DNA of 64,000 nucleotides from Candidatus Latescibacterota bacterium. Lineage in GTDB: Bacteria; Latescibacterota; UBA2968; UBA8231. The position numbers and the translations under genes are program-made. Position 1 is the first letter of the stretch. Each line of letters begins with the position of its first letter. The notes beneath the pieces were generated by a model, which ran no database searches, was not told the origin of the DNA, and saw only the letters and a list, made by a program, of their open reading frames with translations. This document shows positions 40,015-50,614 of the stretch, one piece after another. Location of the stretch: contig OZ241362.1 in NCBI GenBank assembly GCA_965200315.1, forward strand, positions 608,001 through 672,000, written 5' to 3'.

Positions 40015-40345
40015 TCACATGTTCGCCAACTGCTCAACCGCATTTGCAGCGTCGGGAAGCCCTAGCAGGTCGGCCATTAGGCGTCGATCTATCTCGCGGC
40101 GAACCGGGTCGGTAGTTAGGTTGGCGAAACCGGCTAGGGGTTTGTCGGCCAAATCAGCGAAAACTTGCTTGCCGACCCCTAGCTGGTCGTCCGTTAGATG
40201 GGTTGGGTCTAGAATCCGCAAGGTGCATGCCAGTTCGTGCGGCAGACTGCTGCGGCCAAGATAGGGCCGATTCGCGTGAACGATTCGCAGCAACAAACCA
40301 AGGGTGCTGTTGAGCCATAAGCACAGCACCTCTTTGCCGCCGACC
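40015..40345 (-). pseudogene. C-terminal remnant resembling the tail of a large type IIG-like RM enzyme
   Basis: KEVLCLWLNSTLGLL..LRILDP..LTDDQL..DPVRREIDR; no N-terminus. Confidence 0.45.
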
Positions 40346-40356
40346 GGCCCTGCGCC

Positions 40357-40742
40357 CAGTGCCACGCCTCAACCTTGGCGCCGCTCAAAAACGGCGCGTT
40401 TCTCGCCGCGTGGTTTGCTGGCACCCGCGAGGGCCACGCGGATGTCGGGGTCTGGGGAGCCGAGCGCCGACACGGGCGTTGGTAGGCCCCGCGCTGCTTG
40501 GCCAAGGTGCGGGACTGCGCCCACTGGAATCCAGTGCTTCACGCCAGCGGCGACGGCGGCGTCTATCTGTTCTTCAAGGTGGGCGAGCGGATCGCCGCTT
40601 GGACTTAGAAACCGCCGGCGGCGAGTACTCCTATCCGGCGATTATCCCTACCCAAGTCGGCATGGCCATAACCTATACTTGGCAGCGCGAGCGGATCGCG
40701 TTCTGGCACGGGTCGGTAGAACAAGTGCCTAATACCGGCTAG
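40357..40742 (+). pseudogene. BNR/exo-alpha-sialidase family remnant with internal stop and large deletion
   Basis: CHASTL..LAAWFAGTREG..HWNPVL..LFFKVG, joined to the C-terminal GEYSYPAII..ITYTWQRERI. Confidence 0.8.
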
Positions 40743-41803
40743 CCCGCCGGCTGCATGTCCTCCCCGCGCAGCAGGAAGGCGCGGATGTCGTAGCGGCCCG
40801 GGCGCTCTACCGGCAGCTCCCCGGCCTCGATCATCACCTCCAGCGGCGAAGCCATCGTCCGCAAGGGCAGTGCGGTCACCTCGTGCCGCCGCGCCGACTC
40901 GTATGTGGCCATGATGATCTCCACTGCCGCCCGGCCGTTTTCCGCTTGGCCGCGATGCTCGACCTTGCCTTCGATCCACTCCACGATCTCGCGCTGCTGC
41001 CCAACGCTGGGGTCCTCACCTGCGCCCGGCCGCTCTTCCCAAGTGCCGGTCTGGCTGTTGAGCAGCCGCACCTTGCTCTCGTCGAGTTCCATTATGCCCT
41101 CCGAGCCGTAGAAAACCCCGCCCTGGTAGTTCGGACCGGCCAGCTCCTGCAAAAGCTGGCCGATGGCCCCGTTGTCGAACTGCACGATACACAGGCTGCG
41201 ATCCTCAATGGGGATGTCGCGCTCAAAGCGCTCGGTCTTGCGCTCGATATTGCCCATCACCCACACGGCCTGCGGATCGCCCATCACGTAGCGCATCATG
41301 TCCAACAGGTGCGAGCAATCGTTGAGCAAACCCTGTCCGCCGCGCGCGTTGACCTGCCGCACCTCGCCGATGGCCCCTGCTGCCACCAGTTCCTTGGCCA
41401 AAGTCCACGCCGGATTGAAGCGACGCTGATGGGCAATGGCCAGCTTGACGCGGTTGCGCTGGGCCGCGATGAGCATGTCGTCGCAATCGCCCAGACTAGT
41501 CGCCATAGGCTTTTCGCACAGCACGGCTTTGGGCTTGCGCGCACAAGCGGCAATCGTCATCGGCGCGTGCAACTTGTGCCAAGTGCAAATCGAGACGATG
41601 TCGAGCGCCTCCGCGTCGAGCATCTGGCGGAAATCCTCGTAGCGTTGAGCGATCCCATGCCGCTGGCCGAACTCCTCGCGGACCTCAGCTACCGGGTCGG
41701 CCAGCGCCACCACCTCGACTTGGTCCACCTCGTTCCAGCCTTGTATATGGTAGCCGGCGATGCTGCCACAGCCGATAATGCCCACTCGATACTTTTCTGC
41801 CAT
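40739..41803 (-). CDS. Gfo/Idh/MocA oxidoreductase
   Basis: GIIGCG, VLCEKPMA, HQRRF, HLLD. Confidence 0.9.
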   Translation of the reverse strand: MAEKYRVGIIGCGSIAGYHIQGWNEVDQVEVVALADPVAEVREEFGQRHGIAQRYEDFRQMLDAEALDIVSICTWHKLHAPMTIAACARKPKAVLCEKPMATSLGDCDDMLIAAQRNRVKLAIAHQRRFNPAWTLAKELVAAGAIGEVRQVNARGGQGLLNDCSHLLDMMRYVMGDPQAVWVMGNIERKTERFERDIPIEDRSLCIVQFDNGAIGQLLQELAGPNYQGGVFYGSEGIMELDESKVRLLNSQTGTWEERPGAGEDPSVGQQREIVEWIEGKVEHRGQAENGRAAVEIIMATYESARRHEVTALPLRTMASPLEVMIEAGELPVERPGRYDIRAFLLRGEDMQPAG

Positions 41804-41824
41804 GTCGTCTTCCTTTGTTGATGG

Positions 41825-43729
41825 TTAGTTAATCCACTCGACAATCGCGTCCTCGCTCAGCCCCTCGGCCTCAACCACAAGCTGCGTTCCCTTACCCGCA
41901 CGATAGCATCGCCTAGCGACGCGCTGCGGAAAATGATCCCCGGCCCCATACACCAACAGCCGCCCCGGCGCACACAACGCCAGTGCCATCCGCACATCGC
42001 CCAACGCGCGAATCCCCGGCGCAAAAAGCACCCCGGTCCACGCTTCGTCACCGCCCAAATCGCGGCCACCCCAGTCCACCGCGGTGCTGCCGACGCCACT
42101 AGTCAGCGCCCGGGCAAACAGACACCAGATGCCGGCCTCGCCTTGGCCGACGAGGTGGCGCTGGCCCACGCGCAGGTGCTGGGCCAGATAGGCCAAGCCC
42201 GTGAGGATGTCCTGCACCCGGCAAGCCATCGTCGCCTGATTATAAGTGTGGTACAGGGGATCCGCCTCGTCGTGCCCTTCCCGCTCCGTCCCATCGGTCA
42301 GGAAAGGAGCGACAACCAGCACGGCCCCACCCGCCTGTAACAAGCCCTGCGCCAGCGCACCAGGATCGTCGCCTCCCCAAGGCGCATCGGCAATCAGGGT
42401 CGCCGCCAGCGTGCCTTGGGGACCACGCGGCAGGAAAAACGCCGCACGAACCCGTTCCCCGCAGCCCACGCGCCCCAAGACCAACTCCTCGGCCACATAG
42501 CCCTCCTCCCTCCGAAAGCCCAAGCTCTCGACCGCTACTTGGGGCGCGGCCTCCACCCCGAGCAGACTCGCCAGCGCCGGGCGCGTCTCGCGCTGGAAGC
42601 GCCGGATGGGGGCGGCCAACCGCACGGCCAACCGCTTCTCGCTGCGGGCACTCACCGCCGCGAAAACCCCCTGCGAGTCGAGCGCACGGGCCGGTTTTTT
42701 GCGCCCGCTGAACACCAGCAAATCCTCGTCCTGCTCCACGGCAAATGGCACCTCGGCGACTCGCCCTCGCCCGCCGAGCAAATGGCGTTTGAAAAACGCG
42801 TACACCGCTTCGCGGCTCGGCTGGTTGTAGTTGTGAGGGGCGTCTATCTGCACCTCGCGCACCTTGTTTTGCGCCCCGTAGAGGCCGTAGATCGCCCGCA
42901 CCGCCGGGAACTCAACCTCCGGCGTGTTCGCCGTCCAGTCGCCGCTACACGACACCAGCAACAAGGGCCGCGGCGCCATGCAGCTTGCGATTTCCACATT
43001 GTTGATGTCCAGCCGCAAGTGGCCCTGATTTTCGCAGCGACAGCCGCCCTGCATAAAGGCCGAGACCATGTTGACGGGAGCCGCCGCCTTGATCCGCTCG
43101 TCAACGGCCATCAGCAAAAAGGTCTGCGTCCCCCCACCGGACGCGCCTGTGCAGCCTATGCGCTCGGCATCCACATCCGCCAGCGAGGCGAGGAAATCAA
43201 CCACTCGTATGCTGTTCCACAGTTGCAAGCTCAGTGCGCCGATCCCCCACAGCACCTCGCGCCGCCCCCCAATCTCCCGATGCACGAATTGGTCGCTGTC
43301 GTTGTACCCAACCATGTCGTACGAAAAGGCCACCATGCCCTGCCGCGCAAAGCTGATGCAGCGGCCAGCAATTGACCCCAGCTCGGTGTTTTCGAGCCGC
43401 CCCCGCTGCCAGTGGCCGTGCGGACAGGCAATCCCCGGAAAAGGCCCCTCCCCCAGCGGCCGGTACAGATTGCCGCAGACGAAGAAGCCGGGCAGGCTCT
43501 CGAAAAAGACCTTTTCCACCGCATAGCCCTCCCGCTCAATCCGCCCAAAAATCTGCGCCTTGAGCGGCGTTTTCGCCGGCAGCGGCCACAAGCCCGCGCA
43601 GACGAGGATGTGCCGACGAATCGCCGCCTTGCGCTCTTCCCACTCGGCCAGCGTCCGATAGCGGCGCAAGGCCCACGGCGTACTAACGCCTTTGGCCGCG
43701 CCCAGCCGCTCATCACTTGTAACGGTCAT
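41825..43729 (-). CDS. Alpha/beta hydrolase (acetylxylan esterase-like) with duplicated degenerate domain
   Basis: PHGHW, YDMVGY, GCTGASGGGTQ nucleophile elbow, APRPLL, HNYN. Confidence 0.85.
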   Translation of the reverse strand: MTVTSDERLGAAKGVSTPWALRRYRTLAEWEERKAAIRRHILVCAGLWPLPAKTPLKAQIFGRIEREGYAVEKVFFESLPGFFVCGNLYRPLGEGPFPGIACPHGHWQRGRLENTELGSIAGRCISFARQGMVAFSYDMVGYNDSDQFVHREIGGRREVLWGIGALSLQLWNSIRVVDFLASLADVDAERIGCTGASGGGTQTFLLMAVDERIKAAAPVNMVSAFMQGGCRCENQGHLRLDINNVEIASCMAPRPLLLVSCSGDWTANTPEVEFPAVRAIYGLYGAQNKVREVQIDAPHNYNQPSREAVYAFFKRHLLGGRGRVAEVPFAVEQDEDLLVFSGRKKPARALDSQGVFAAVSARSEKRLAVRLAAPIRRFQRETRPALASLLGVEAAPQVAVESLGFRREEGYVAEELVLGRVGCGERVRAAFFLPRGPQGTLAATLIADAPWGGDDPGALAQGLLQAGGAVLVVAPFLTDGTEREGHDEADPLYHTYNQATMACRVQDILTGLAYLAQHLRVGQRHLVGQGEAGIWCLFARALTSGVGSTAVDWGGRDLGGDEAWTGVLFAPGIRALGDVRMALALCAPGRLLVYGAGDHFPQRVARRCYRAGKGTQLVVEAEGLSEDAIVEWIN

Positions 43730-43799
43730 ACTAAGTTCTCCTTCTTTAATAGAGCTTCCCAATTACCGCCCCCGCTCGCCTGCCAGAGGCGACCGCGTC

Positions 43800-44624
43800 T
43801 CACGCCTTAACCGCACCCGCCATCAAACCGGCCGTCAACCGCTTTCTCACCAGCAGGAACAGCAAGATCGTCGGGACCGTCGCCACCACGGCGGTGGCCA
43901 TCAAATAATTCCACTCCACCACGTTGTTTTTTTCCCAAGCGTAGAGCGCCATAGTAATCGGCTGCATCTTCCGTTTGGAAACCAGCACCAGCGCAAAGAT
44001 GAATTCGTTCCAAGTGCTGACAAAGGTAAAAATGGCCGTAGTCGTCAGCCCGGGGGCCGTCAGCGGCAGGGCAATTCTGAAGATCATCCCCGTCCGCGAG
44101 AGGCCGTCGATCATAGCGGCATCCTCCAATTCCTCTGGGATACTCTTGAAAAACCCGCGCAACATCCAGATGGAAAACGGCAGGGTTATGGCCGTATTCA
44201 CCAAGATCAAGGCCGTGTACGTATCCAGGAGCTGTAGGGCTTTCATCATCTCGAACAAGGGAATGAGGACAATCACCGGCGAAAACATCTGCACCACGAG
44301 GATGCTCATGCCGAATAGACCGCGCCCGCGAAAATTGATACGCGCCATCGCATAGGCCGCCGGGGCCGCCACCACGATGTTAAAAAATACCGCGGCCAAG
44401 GCGATGAACAGGCTGTTCAACAGGTGCCGCGCCATGGGAATCCGCACAAAAATATCCACGTAGTTGTGCCACACAAACGCGCGGGGAATCAGCGTCGCCG
44501 GTGCTTGAAAGACTTCCCCCATGGTCTTTAACGAGGTGCCAGCGACGACCAACAGCGGAAAGAGGGTAAAAGCCGCAACCCCTGCCATAAGAGTGGTGCG
44601 CAACAAGGCGCCGGCCGGTATCAC
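43800..44624 (-). CDS. Carbohydrate ABC transporter permease (MalG-like)
   Basis: IPEELEDAAMIDG EAA motif, WNEF. Confidence 0.92.
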   Translation of the reverse strand: MIPAGALLRTTLMAGVAAFTLFPLLVVAGTSLKTMGEVFQAPATLIPRAFVWHNYVDIFVRIPMARHLLNSLFIALAAVFFNIVVAAPAAYAMARINFRGRGLFGMSILVVQMFSPVIVLIPLFEMMKALQLLDTYTALILVNTAITLPFSIWMLRGFFKSIPEELEDAAMIDGLSRTGMIFRIALPLTAPGLTTTAIFTFVSTWNEFIFALVLVSKRKMQPITMALYAWEKNNVVEWNYLMATAVVATVPTILLFLLVRKRLTAGLMAGAVKA

Positions 44625-45493
44625 GACTCAATCTCTTTTTTGTAGAACAGACGCCACTGGAGCAAGCTGATGGCGACCAGCAGCAAGAAGGCCAAAAAGG
44701 CCATGCTGCTGGCCTGGCCAAAGTTGAAGTAGCCAAAGGCGCGGCGAAAAATTTCTGTGACCATGATCTGGGTCTGGTTGGCCGGCCCGCCCCCGGTGAT
44801 TACGTAGATGAAGACAAAACTGTTGAAGGACCAGATGAAACTGATCAACAAAACCGCCAGCGCAACGGGGCGGAGCAAGGGTACGGTGATATACCAGAAC
44901 TTCTGCCATGTTGTGGTCCCGTCTATAATGGCGGCCTCGTACAGATGGAGCGGAATGGACTGCAAGGCCGCGAGGAATGCAAAGGTGGTAAACGGCAGGG
45001 CCGTCCACAGCCGGGCGAACAAGGCCCCGCCAAACGCCGTAGAAGCACTCGTCAACCACTGCACGGGATGATCGACGATATGCAGAGACAGCAACAACGC
45101 GTTGAGGTGTCCGTACTCGCCGTTATACATCCACTTCCAAGCGATAGCCGCTACTACCAGCGGCGTGGCCCAAGCCAAGATCAACGAACTGCGGATCAAC
45201 TCGCAGAGGATCGTACTGCGGCTCAACAAGAGAGCGGCAGCCAAGCCCGCTCCCACATTCATCAAGACGGCAAGCACCGTCCACACGGCCGTGTTTTTGA
45301 GCACTAACCAAAAGACATCGTCCCTGACGAGGCCCGTATAGTTCTGAGCTCCCACAAAGGACTCCCCTTTGTAGGAAGTGTGGTAGAGACTAGTCTTGAG
45401 GATTTCGACCATGGGAAACCCCAAAAACAGCAGCAGCCAAAGGGCTGCTGGCGCAATGTAAAAATAGGCCAGCCGGCGTTTTTCTCTTTCCAC
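44621..45493 (-). CDS. Carbohydrate ABC transporter permease (MalF-like)
   Basis: LYEAAIIDG, ITGGGP. Confidence 0.92.
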   Translation of the reverse strand: MEREKRRLAYFYIAPAALWLLLFLGFPMVEILKTSLYHTSYKGESFVGAQNYTGLVRDDVFWLVLKNTAVWTVLAVLMNVGAGLAAALLLSRSTILCELIRSSLILAWATPLVVAAIAWKWMYNGEYGHLNALLLSLHIVDHPVQWLTSASTAFGGALFARLWTALPFTTFAFLAALQSIPLHLYEAAIIDGTTTWQKFWYITVPLLRPVALAVLLISFIWSFNSFVFIYVITGGGPANQTQIMVTEIFRRAFGYFNFGQASSMAFLAFLLLVAISLLQWRLFYKKEIES

Positions 45494-45517
45494 GATAACT
45501 CCCTGCCAAATGCGGCT

Positions 45518-46759
45518 TCAAGGCGTGGGCAGCGCCGGGTTTTCCAATTCCTTCAGCAAGCGACCGTACAGGGTGTTGAGTGCCTCGGCCGGTGTTGCCG
45601 TACCCGCTAAGACCATCTGGATCGCCTCGCCCCATCCATCTTGGATTTTGGTCCATTCTGGATGTTGGGGCGTCAACTGTAGCAATTCTCTTTGCGCCTG
45701 ATAATTCTGTATCGGGATCGACTGGTAATATGGATCGTCGGCTGCGTTTTTCGTCATGGGCACGCCCCCTACTTCCACATCGATCAAGCGGCGATTTTCC
45801 AAGCGTTGGATAAAACGCATGAATTCATACCCGAGGTCTTTGTGCTGCGAAGTGGAAAACATGCCAAAGACATCGACGATGAGCAGCATCTTCTGAGCTT
45901 CGCCGGGCGGGATCAGCAAAGGCTCGCATTCAACGCCCGCATCCCGGCACATCTGGTCCTGCCAGGGGCCGCTGAACAACATCCCCACCTTGCCCGCAGC
46001 CATTTCAGCATAGCATTCGTTGGCATTCAAATTCAGAATGCCCGGCGGCATGACCCGGTCCAAAAGGTGCATGGCGGTCAGGAACTCGACATAGGCAATG
46101 GCTTGCGGGCTGTTGATCGCCAGCTTGCCCTCCCGGTCGAAGAAGCGGCCCCCCAACCCCCACATCATTGCGATCTGATCCTGCATTAGGTGTTTCGGCC
46201 GGCCGGCACCAATACAGAACCCATAGCGTTCGGGCGGCTGGTTGAGCTTATTGGCCAGAACGCGGACCCCTTCCCACGTCGTCGGCGCCTCTGTCATTCC
46301 CACCTCTTGCATCCAGTCCCGGCGCACGTAGAGCGTCCGGTTGGCCCCCACCAGCGGCACCCCGTAGGTTTTTCCCTTGTACTCGCCCGCGCTCAGGGCG
46401 ACATCGAGCCACTCTTCGCGTTCGGCAGCACTCATAAAAGCATCGAGCGGCTCCAGCACGCCCCGCTCGGCATATTCGGGGATCATTCCCATGAAGAGAA
46501 AACCCAGATCGGGCAGGTTATCGCCCTGAATCATGGTATTGTAAAACGTCGGCCCTTGGTCGTAGGAGACGTATTGCTGTTCGATGGTCACGCCGGGATG
46601 TTCCGCCTCAAACTCCTCTTTCCATATTCCGTAGGTCTCAAGTTCGGGGCCCATCCAGACGATCTTCAAGATCGCGTCCCCGTCATCGGGGCTGTTGGCG
46701 CAGCCGGACCAGACCGCACCGAGGACCAGCAATATCCACGCGGAGCGGGATCGACTCAT
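45518..46759 (-). CDS. Sugar ABC transporter substrate-binding lipoprotein
   Basis: WSGC lipobox, FEAEHPGV, PTTWE, GKVGM..GPW. Confidence 0.9.
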   Translation of the reverse strand: MSRSRSAWILLVLGAVWSGCANSPDDGDAILKIVWMGPELETYGIWKEEFEAEHPGVTIEQQYVSYDQGPTFYNTMIQGDNLPDLGFLFMGMIPEYAERGVLEPLDAFMSAAEREEWLDVALSAGEYKGKTYGVPLVGANRTLYVRRDWMQEVGMTEAPTTWEGVRVLANKLNQPPERYGFCIGAGRPKHLMQDQIAMMWGLGGRFFDREGKLAINSPQAIAYVEFLTAMHLLDRVMPPGILNLNANECYAEMAAGKVGMLFSGPWQDQMCRDAGVECEPLLIPPGEAQKMLLIVDVFGMFSTSQHKDLGYEFMRFIQRLENRRLIDVEVGGVPMTKNAADDPYYQSIPIQNYQAQRELLQLTPQHPEWTKIQDGWGEAIQMVLAGTATPAEALNTLYGRLLKELENPALPTP

Positions 46760-46879
46760 AAACGCCCTTTCTCGCTTGAGTGGGTTGTCGTAGGATGTAG
46801 GGCGATTTTTCGCCAGCAATCAAAATAGGTAGCATACGAAGCACGCGACAGCCAATTGAACAGGCCCCCTACTCTGCGT

Positions 46880-47090
46880 GGATTTGTTGGCGTAAATGTC
46901 AGCGACGACCGGCGGGTGTCCACTGCACTAACCGGGGTTTGCCAGATCGTCACCGACACCGTGCTCGTCGGCTCTTTGGCTAAGGCCACCGTGTAGCGGG
47001 CGGATGAACCCTCGGCGATGGATAGGGTCGCGGGGTTGAGCACCAAGGCCACGTCGGCGCTGTTGGAGCCCGACTGGGCGCTCCAAAACG
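46880..47090 (-). pseudogene. Single Calx-beta/Ig-like adhesin repeat remnant
   Basis: TLSIAEGSSARYTVALAKEPTSTVSVTI..SLTFTPTN, isolated in an intergenic region. Boundaries approximate. Confidence 0.55.
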
Positions 47091-47278
47091 CGAGTTCGGG
47101 TTACGCGGCCTTTCCTTTAGTTGGATTTGTGCATCGCTTTTTAGGGCCGGTTTTTAGGTGAATCGCCATCGGCACCTAATCCACCTCTAGCCGTCCTAAA
47201 TTACTCGACTGTGGCCAGTGCGCGTTTTCACTTAATTTTCACCGCGAGCCCCAAAAGCCACTTGGAGGATTTTCCAAC

Positions 47279-48343
47279 ATGCGAAATATAGCTGTATTCT
47301 TGGGGCTGGCTCTGTTGGCCCTTTCCCCTGCACGAGCGCTTGAACGCCCCGACAAAGAGTTCGCAATTTTCCAGTTTCCCCCCACGATGATACCCCGCAT
47401 TGATGGGCAGACCGACGACTGGGCAATCGTCCCCGAATCTTATGTAATCGGCACCGAGGAACTGGCAGAAACCGTCAAAGGCAAGGGCACCAACCACGAC
47501 CCAAAAGACCTAGACGTCGCCGTGCGGGTGGGCTGGGTCCATGGTCTGAACCGGCTCTACTTCCTCTACGAAGCGCGCGACGACTACTGGAACATGCACT
47601 ACCGTCGCGGGGACATTTTTGAAGTCGCCGTCGATGCAGACCGCTCGGGAGGCCCCAACATACACAACCCCCAGTTGGACGAGTGGGACAGCCACTTTGC
47701 GTTCAAGGGGGTACACGCTCAGAACTACCACATTTTCACGCCGCCGGGCGCGGGCCGCGACTGGGTTTTTGTCTGGGGCTGCCAGCCGTGGATCAGCCGG
47801 CTGCCCTACGCCAACCACGCGTACGCCTACGACTTTGCCGAGGGCGAGAGCGGCCGGCTGGTGCTCGAATTCTGGATCACCCCTTTTGACTATGCCCCCT
47901 ATGAGGGACCCGAGCGCGCCGTGGTGTCCAAGCTGGTGGAAAATGCCCTCATCGGGCTGTCGTGGGCCGTGCTCGACTACGACGAAAACAACCGCTCGTA
48001 CGAGGGGTTCTGGAACCTCTCCCACAAGACCCGCATGGACTCAGACGCCTCAAATTTGTGCGCCTTTCGGCTCATGCCGCTCGCCAGCCACTTTCGCGAG
48101 CCGCTCGAAGCGCAGTGGGAATTCCAAGTGGTGGATATGCAGCGCAGATTAGTGGCCTTCAAAGACCTTTCCTACGGCACCATCACCTCTTGGTCGTGGG
48201 ATTTTGACGATGGCACCACCGCGTCCGAACAACATCCCATCCACCAGTACCAAGAAGCCGGCGAATACACGGTCGTGCTCACCGTACAGGGGCCAGAGGG
48301 CACGGCACGCCGCGTCAAAGTGCGGCAAGTCGCGGTGCGCTAG
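47279..48343 (+). CDS. Secreted protein with CBM9-like N-terminus and C-terminal PKD domain
   Basis: Signal peptide; PRIDG..DDW; SWSWDFDDG..EQHPIHQY..AGEYTVVLTV. Confidence 0.85.
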   Translation: MRNIAVFLGLALLALSPARALERPDKEFAIFQFPPTMIPRIDGQTDDWAIVPESYVIGTEELAETVKGKGTNHDPKDLDVAVRVGWVHGLNRLYFLYEARDDYWNMHYRRGDIFEVAVDADRSGGPNIHNPQLDEWDSHFAFKGVHAQNYHIFTPPGAGRDWVFVWGCQPWISRLPYANHAYAYDFAEGESGRLVLEFWITPFDYAPYEGPERAVVSKLVENALIGLSWAVLDYDENNRSYEGFWNLSHKTRMDSDASNLCAFRLMPLASHFREPLEAQWEFQVVDMQRRLVAFKDLSYGTITSWSWDFDDGTTASEQHPIHQYQEAGEYTVVLTVQGPEGTARRVKVRQVAVR

Positions 48344-48426
48344 GCAAAACCTGCGGGGCGATCCTCGGAACTCAGGCCCCCCCGCGGACACGCAGGGGCA
48401 AGCCTATCAGAGCCTCTAAGACCGAT

Positions 48427-49569
48427 TCAAATGTATCCCGTCGATCCATCCGCCCGCACCGGGCAGGTGCGCTGCCAGTGGACGTATTGGTCTGCGCTGA
48501 TGGCGTCTTCGTCGACCTCAATGCCGAGGCCCGGACGGTCGCGCAGTGTGAGATAGCCGTCTTGGGGCAGGTACGGCTCGTCCACCCAGTCCTTCCACTC
48601 GTTGCTCAAGGGCGAGATGTACTCCAAAATTTTGAAGTTGGGCGTGGCCGCCGCAAAATGCACGTTGACTGCCGTGGCCACCGGCCCCATGGGGTTGTGC
48701 GGTGCTACGCTGACGTAGTGGGCCTCGGCAATAGCAGCGATTTTACGCATTTCAAGCAGGCCGCCGCACACGCACACATCCGGCTGGATGATGTCCACAG
48801 CTTGAGCGGCCATCAGGTCGAGAAATTCCCAACGGGTGTAGAGGCACTCGCCGGTGGCCAAGGGAATTTGCATCTGCTGGCGCAGCCGCGCCCAAGCGGA
48901 GGTATGCTCGGGCCGCAAAGGCTCTTCGTAGAAGTAGGGGTCGTAGGGCGCCAGTGCATTGGCCAACTGCACGGCGCGGACCGGCTCGAATATTTTGGCG
49001 TGGGGATCAAAGGCGAATTCAAAGTCTGCGGGCGCGTGCTGGCGAATCTCCTCAAAGTATTTGGCCGCCGCCGCGCAAATGCGCCCCCAGCGATCGACCT
49101 CCGGGTTGAGACGAAAAGGACTGAGCTTGAAGGCCGTAAAACCCCACTCTTCGTTGAGGCGCACAGCGCTGTTGGCCGTCTCCTCGCCGTCGCGCCCCCC
49201 CGCCCCTTGGTACACGCGCACCCGGTCGCGGCAAGCACCGCCCAGCAGCATATATACCGGCAGACCGGCGGCCTTGCCGGAGATGTCCCACAGGGCGTGG
49301 TCAACGGCCGAACTCACAGCGAGGCCGACGCCACCGGGGGGAAAGCGGAATTGCTGGGTGAGTTTGAGCATGATGTACTCGATGCGGCGCGGGTCTTCGC
49401 CCTTGATCATTTCAAAGATGTAGTCGGCAATAGGTTCTATCGACTGGTCGGGGCCAATGGAATACGCCTCGCCCCAGCCGTGGAGGCCCTCGTCGGTTTC
49501 GACCTTGAGCAGGCCGCGGTTGCGGCCGCTGAATAGCCCCATGAAGGTTTTGATCGCCGTGATTTTCAT
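48427..49569 (-). CDS. dgoD: Galactonate dehydratase-like enolase superfamily enzyme
   Basis: GWGE, DHALWDISGK, DPH, YEEP, ATGE, QPD, APHNP. Substrate not certain. Confidence 0.75.
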   Translation of the reverse strand: MKITAIKTFMGLFSGRNRGLLKVETDEGLHGWGEAYSIGPDQSIEPIADYIFEMIKGEDPRRIEYIMLKLTQQFRFPPGGVGLAVSSAVDHALWDISGKAAGLPVYMLLGGACRDRVRVYQGAGGRDGEETANSAVRLNEEWGFTAFKLSPFRLNPEVDRWGRICAAAAKYFEEIRQHAPADFEFAFDPHAKIFEPVRAVQLANALAPYDPYFYEEPLRPEHTSAWARLRQQMQIPLATGECLYTRWEFLDLMAAQAVDIIQPDVCVCGGLLEMRKIAAIAEAHYVSVAPHNPMGPVATAVNVHFAAATPNFKILEYISPLSNEWKDWVDEPYLPQDGYLTLRDRPGLGIEVDEDAISADQYVHWQRTCPVRADGSTGYI

Positions 49570-49677
49570 CTTGGTGTCCTCCTTATTGAGGAAAAGTTGG
49601 TTGGGGGATAATTACGCCCTATTTTTTCGGCGAGCAGGATGCCGATGATCTAACCATAGATTCAACTCGGGGGCACC

Positions 49678-50505
49678 ATGCAATTCGTCCAATTGACCCA
49701 CGCCCAGCGCCGCGCTTTTGCCGCCGACGGCTTTCTCATGGTCCCGCAAGCCATTGATGCCGCAACCGTGGCCGGCCTGACCGCATCAAGCGATCGCTTG
49801 ATGCAATCATTCCTCGACGACCGAGCTGAGACCCAGATGCAACTGCGCCGGGGCGTCGTCCAAGAAGAAGCGTTCGACCAACTTGTCTCCAACTCGGCAA
49901 CCGTTCCCCTAGTCGTGCAGTTGCTCTCGCCCAATATCCATCTCCACTCGGCCTCGGTGATCTACAAAAAGCCCCAAGACCCACACACCACAGCACCGCG
50001 GCGCGGCTGGCACCGCGATATTGGCATTGCCGAAGACCTCGGACAAGCCGGCCTGCCGCGCCTCGGCGTAAAGGTGTGCTACTGCCTGACCGATTTTGCC
50101 GAACCCAACTCCGGCATGACCCTGATGGCCCGCGGTACGCACCTCAATGAGACGCCCCTAGCCATTCCCGCAGGCGCAGTCGATCCGCCGACGATGGTCG
50201 ATCCGCCCTTGAGCGCCGGCGACGCCATTCTCTTTGAAAACCGCACGTTCCACACGGCGGCCCCCAATTTGAGCCAGCGCACCTCCAAGGTGATAATCTA
50301 CGGCTACGCGTACCGTTGGATGAAGCCGGATCAACACCTTGATCCACCCGATCAACGGGTATTACAGCGGACGACCAACGGCATCGACTGGCAGCTCTTG
50401 GGCGGCTATTACAACGTCGATGAAATACCCAGTGCCTTGATCAACTGGGCCGAGCAATACGAAGTCAATCCACCCCCCGTGACTTGGACTACGGACGCTC
50501 TGTAA
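49678..50505 (+). CDS. Phytanoyl-CoA dioxygenase family protein
   Basis: DGFL, WHRD, GTH, AGDAILF..FH..N.S..R. Confidence 0.88.
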   Translation: MQFVQLTHAQRRAFAADGFLMVPQAIDAATVAGLTASSDRLMQSFLDDRAETQMQLRRGVVQEEAFDQLVSNSATVPLVVQLLSPNIHLHSASVIYKKPQDPHTTAPRRGWHRDIGIAEDLGQAGLPRLGVKVCYCLTDFAEPNSGMTLMARGTHLNETPLAIPAGAVDPPTMVDPPLSAGDAILFENRTFHTAAPNLSQRTSKVIIYGYAYRWMKPDQHLDPPDQRVLQRTTNGIDWQLLGGYYNVDEIPSALINWAEQYEVNPPPVTWTTDAL

Positions 50506-50614
50506 CCCCAAGTCTGCTAGTTCGGTACTGGGTGCGGAGAAAAGCAGCGGAAAAACCCATGCTAGGACAACCCTTCTACATTATATAGTACTGGCAATGT
50601 TAAGGAGCAATAAC

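Noticed and set aside
43800-46759. ABC operon lacking an ATPase
   Set aside because: Common for CUT1 sugar transporters that share an ATPase; not novel.
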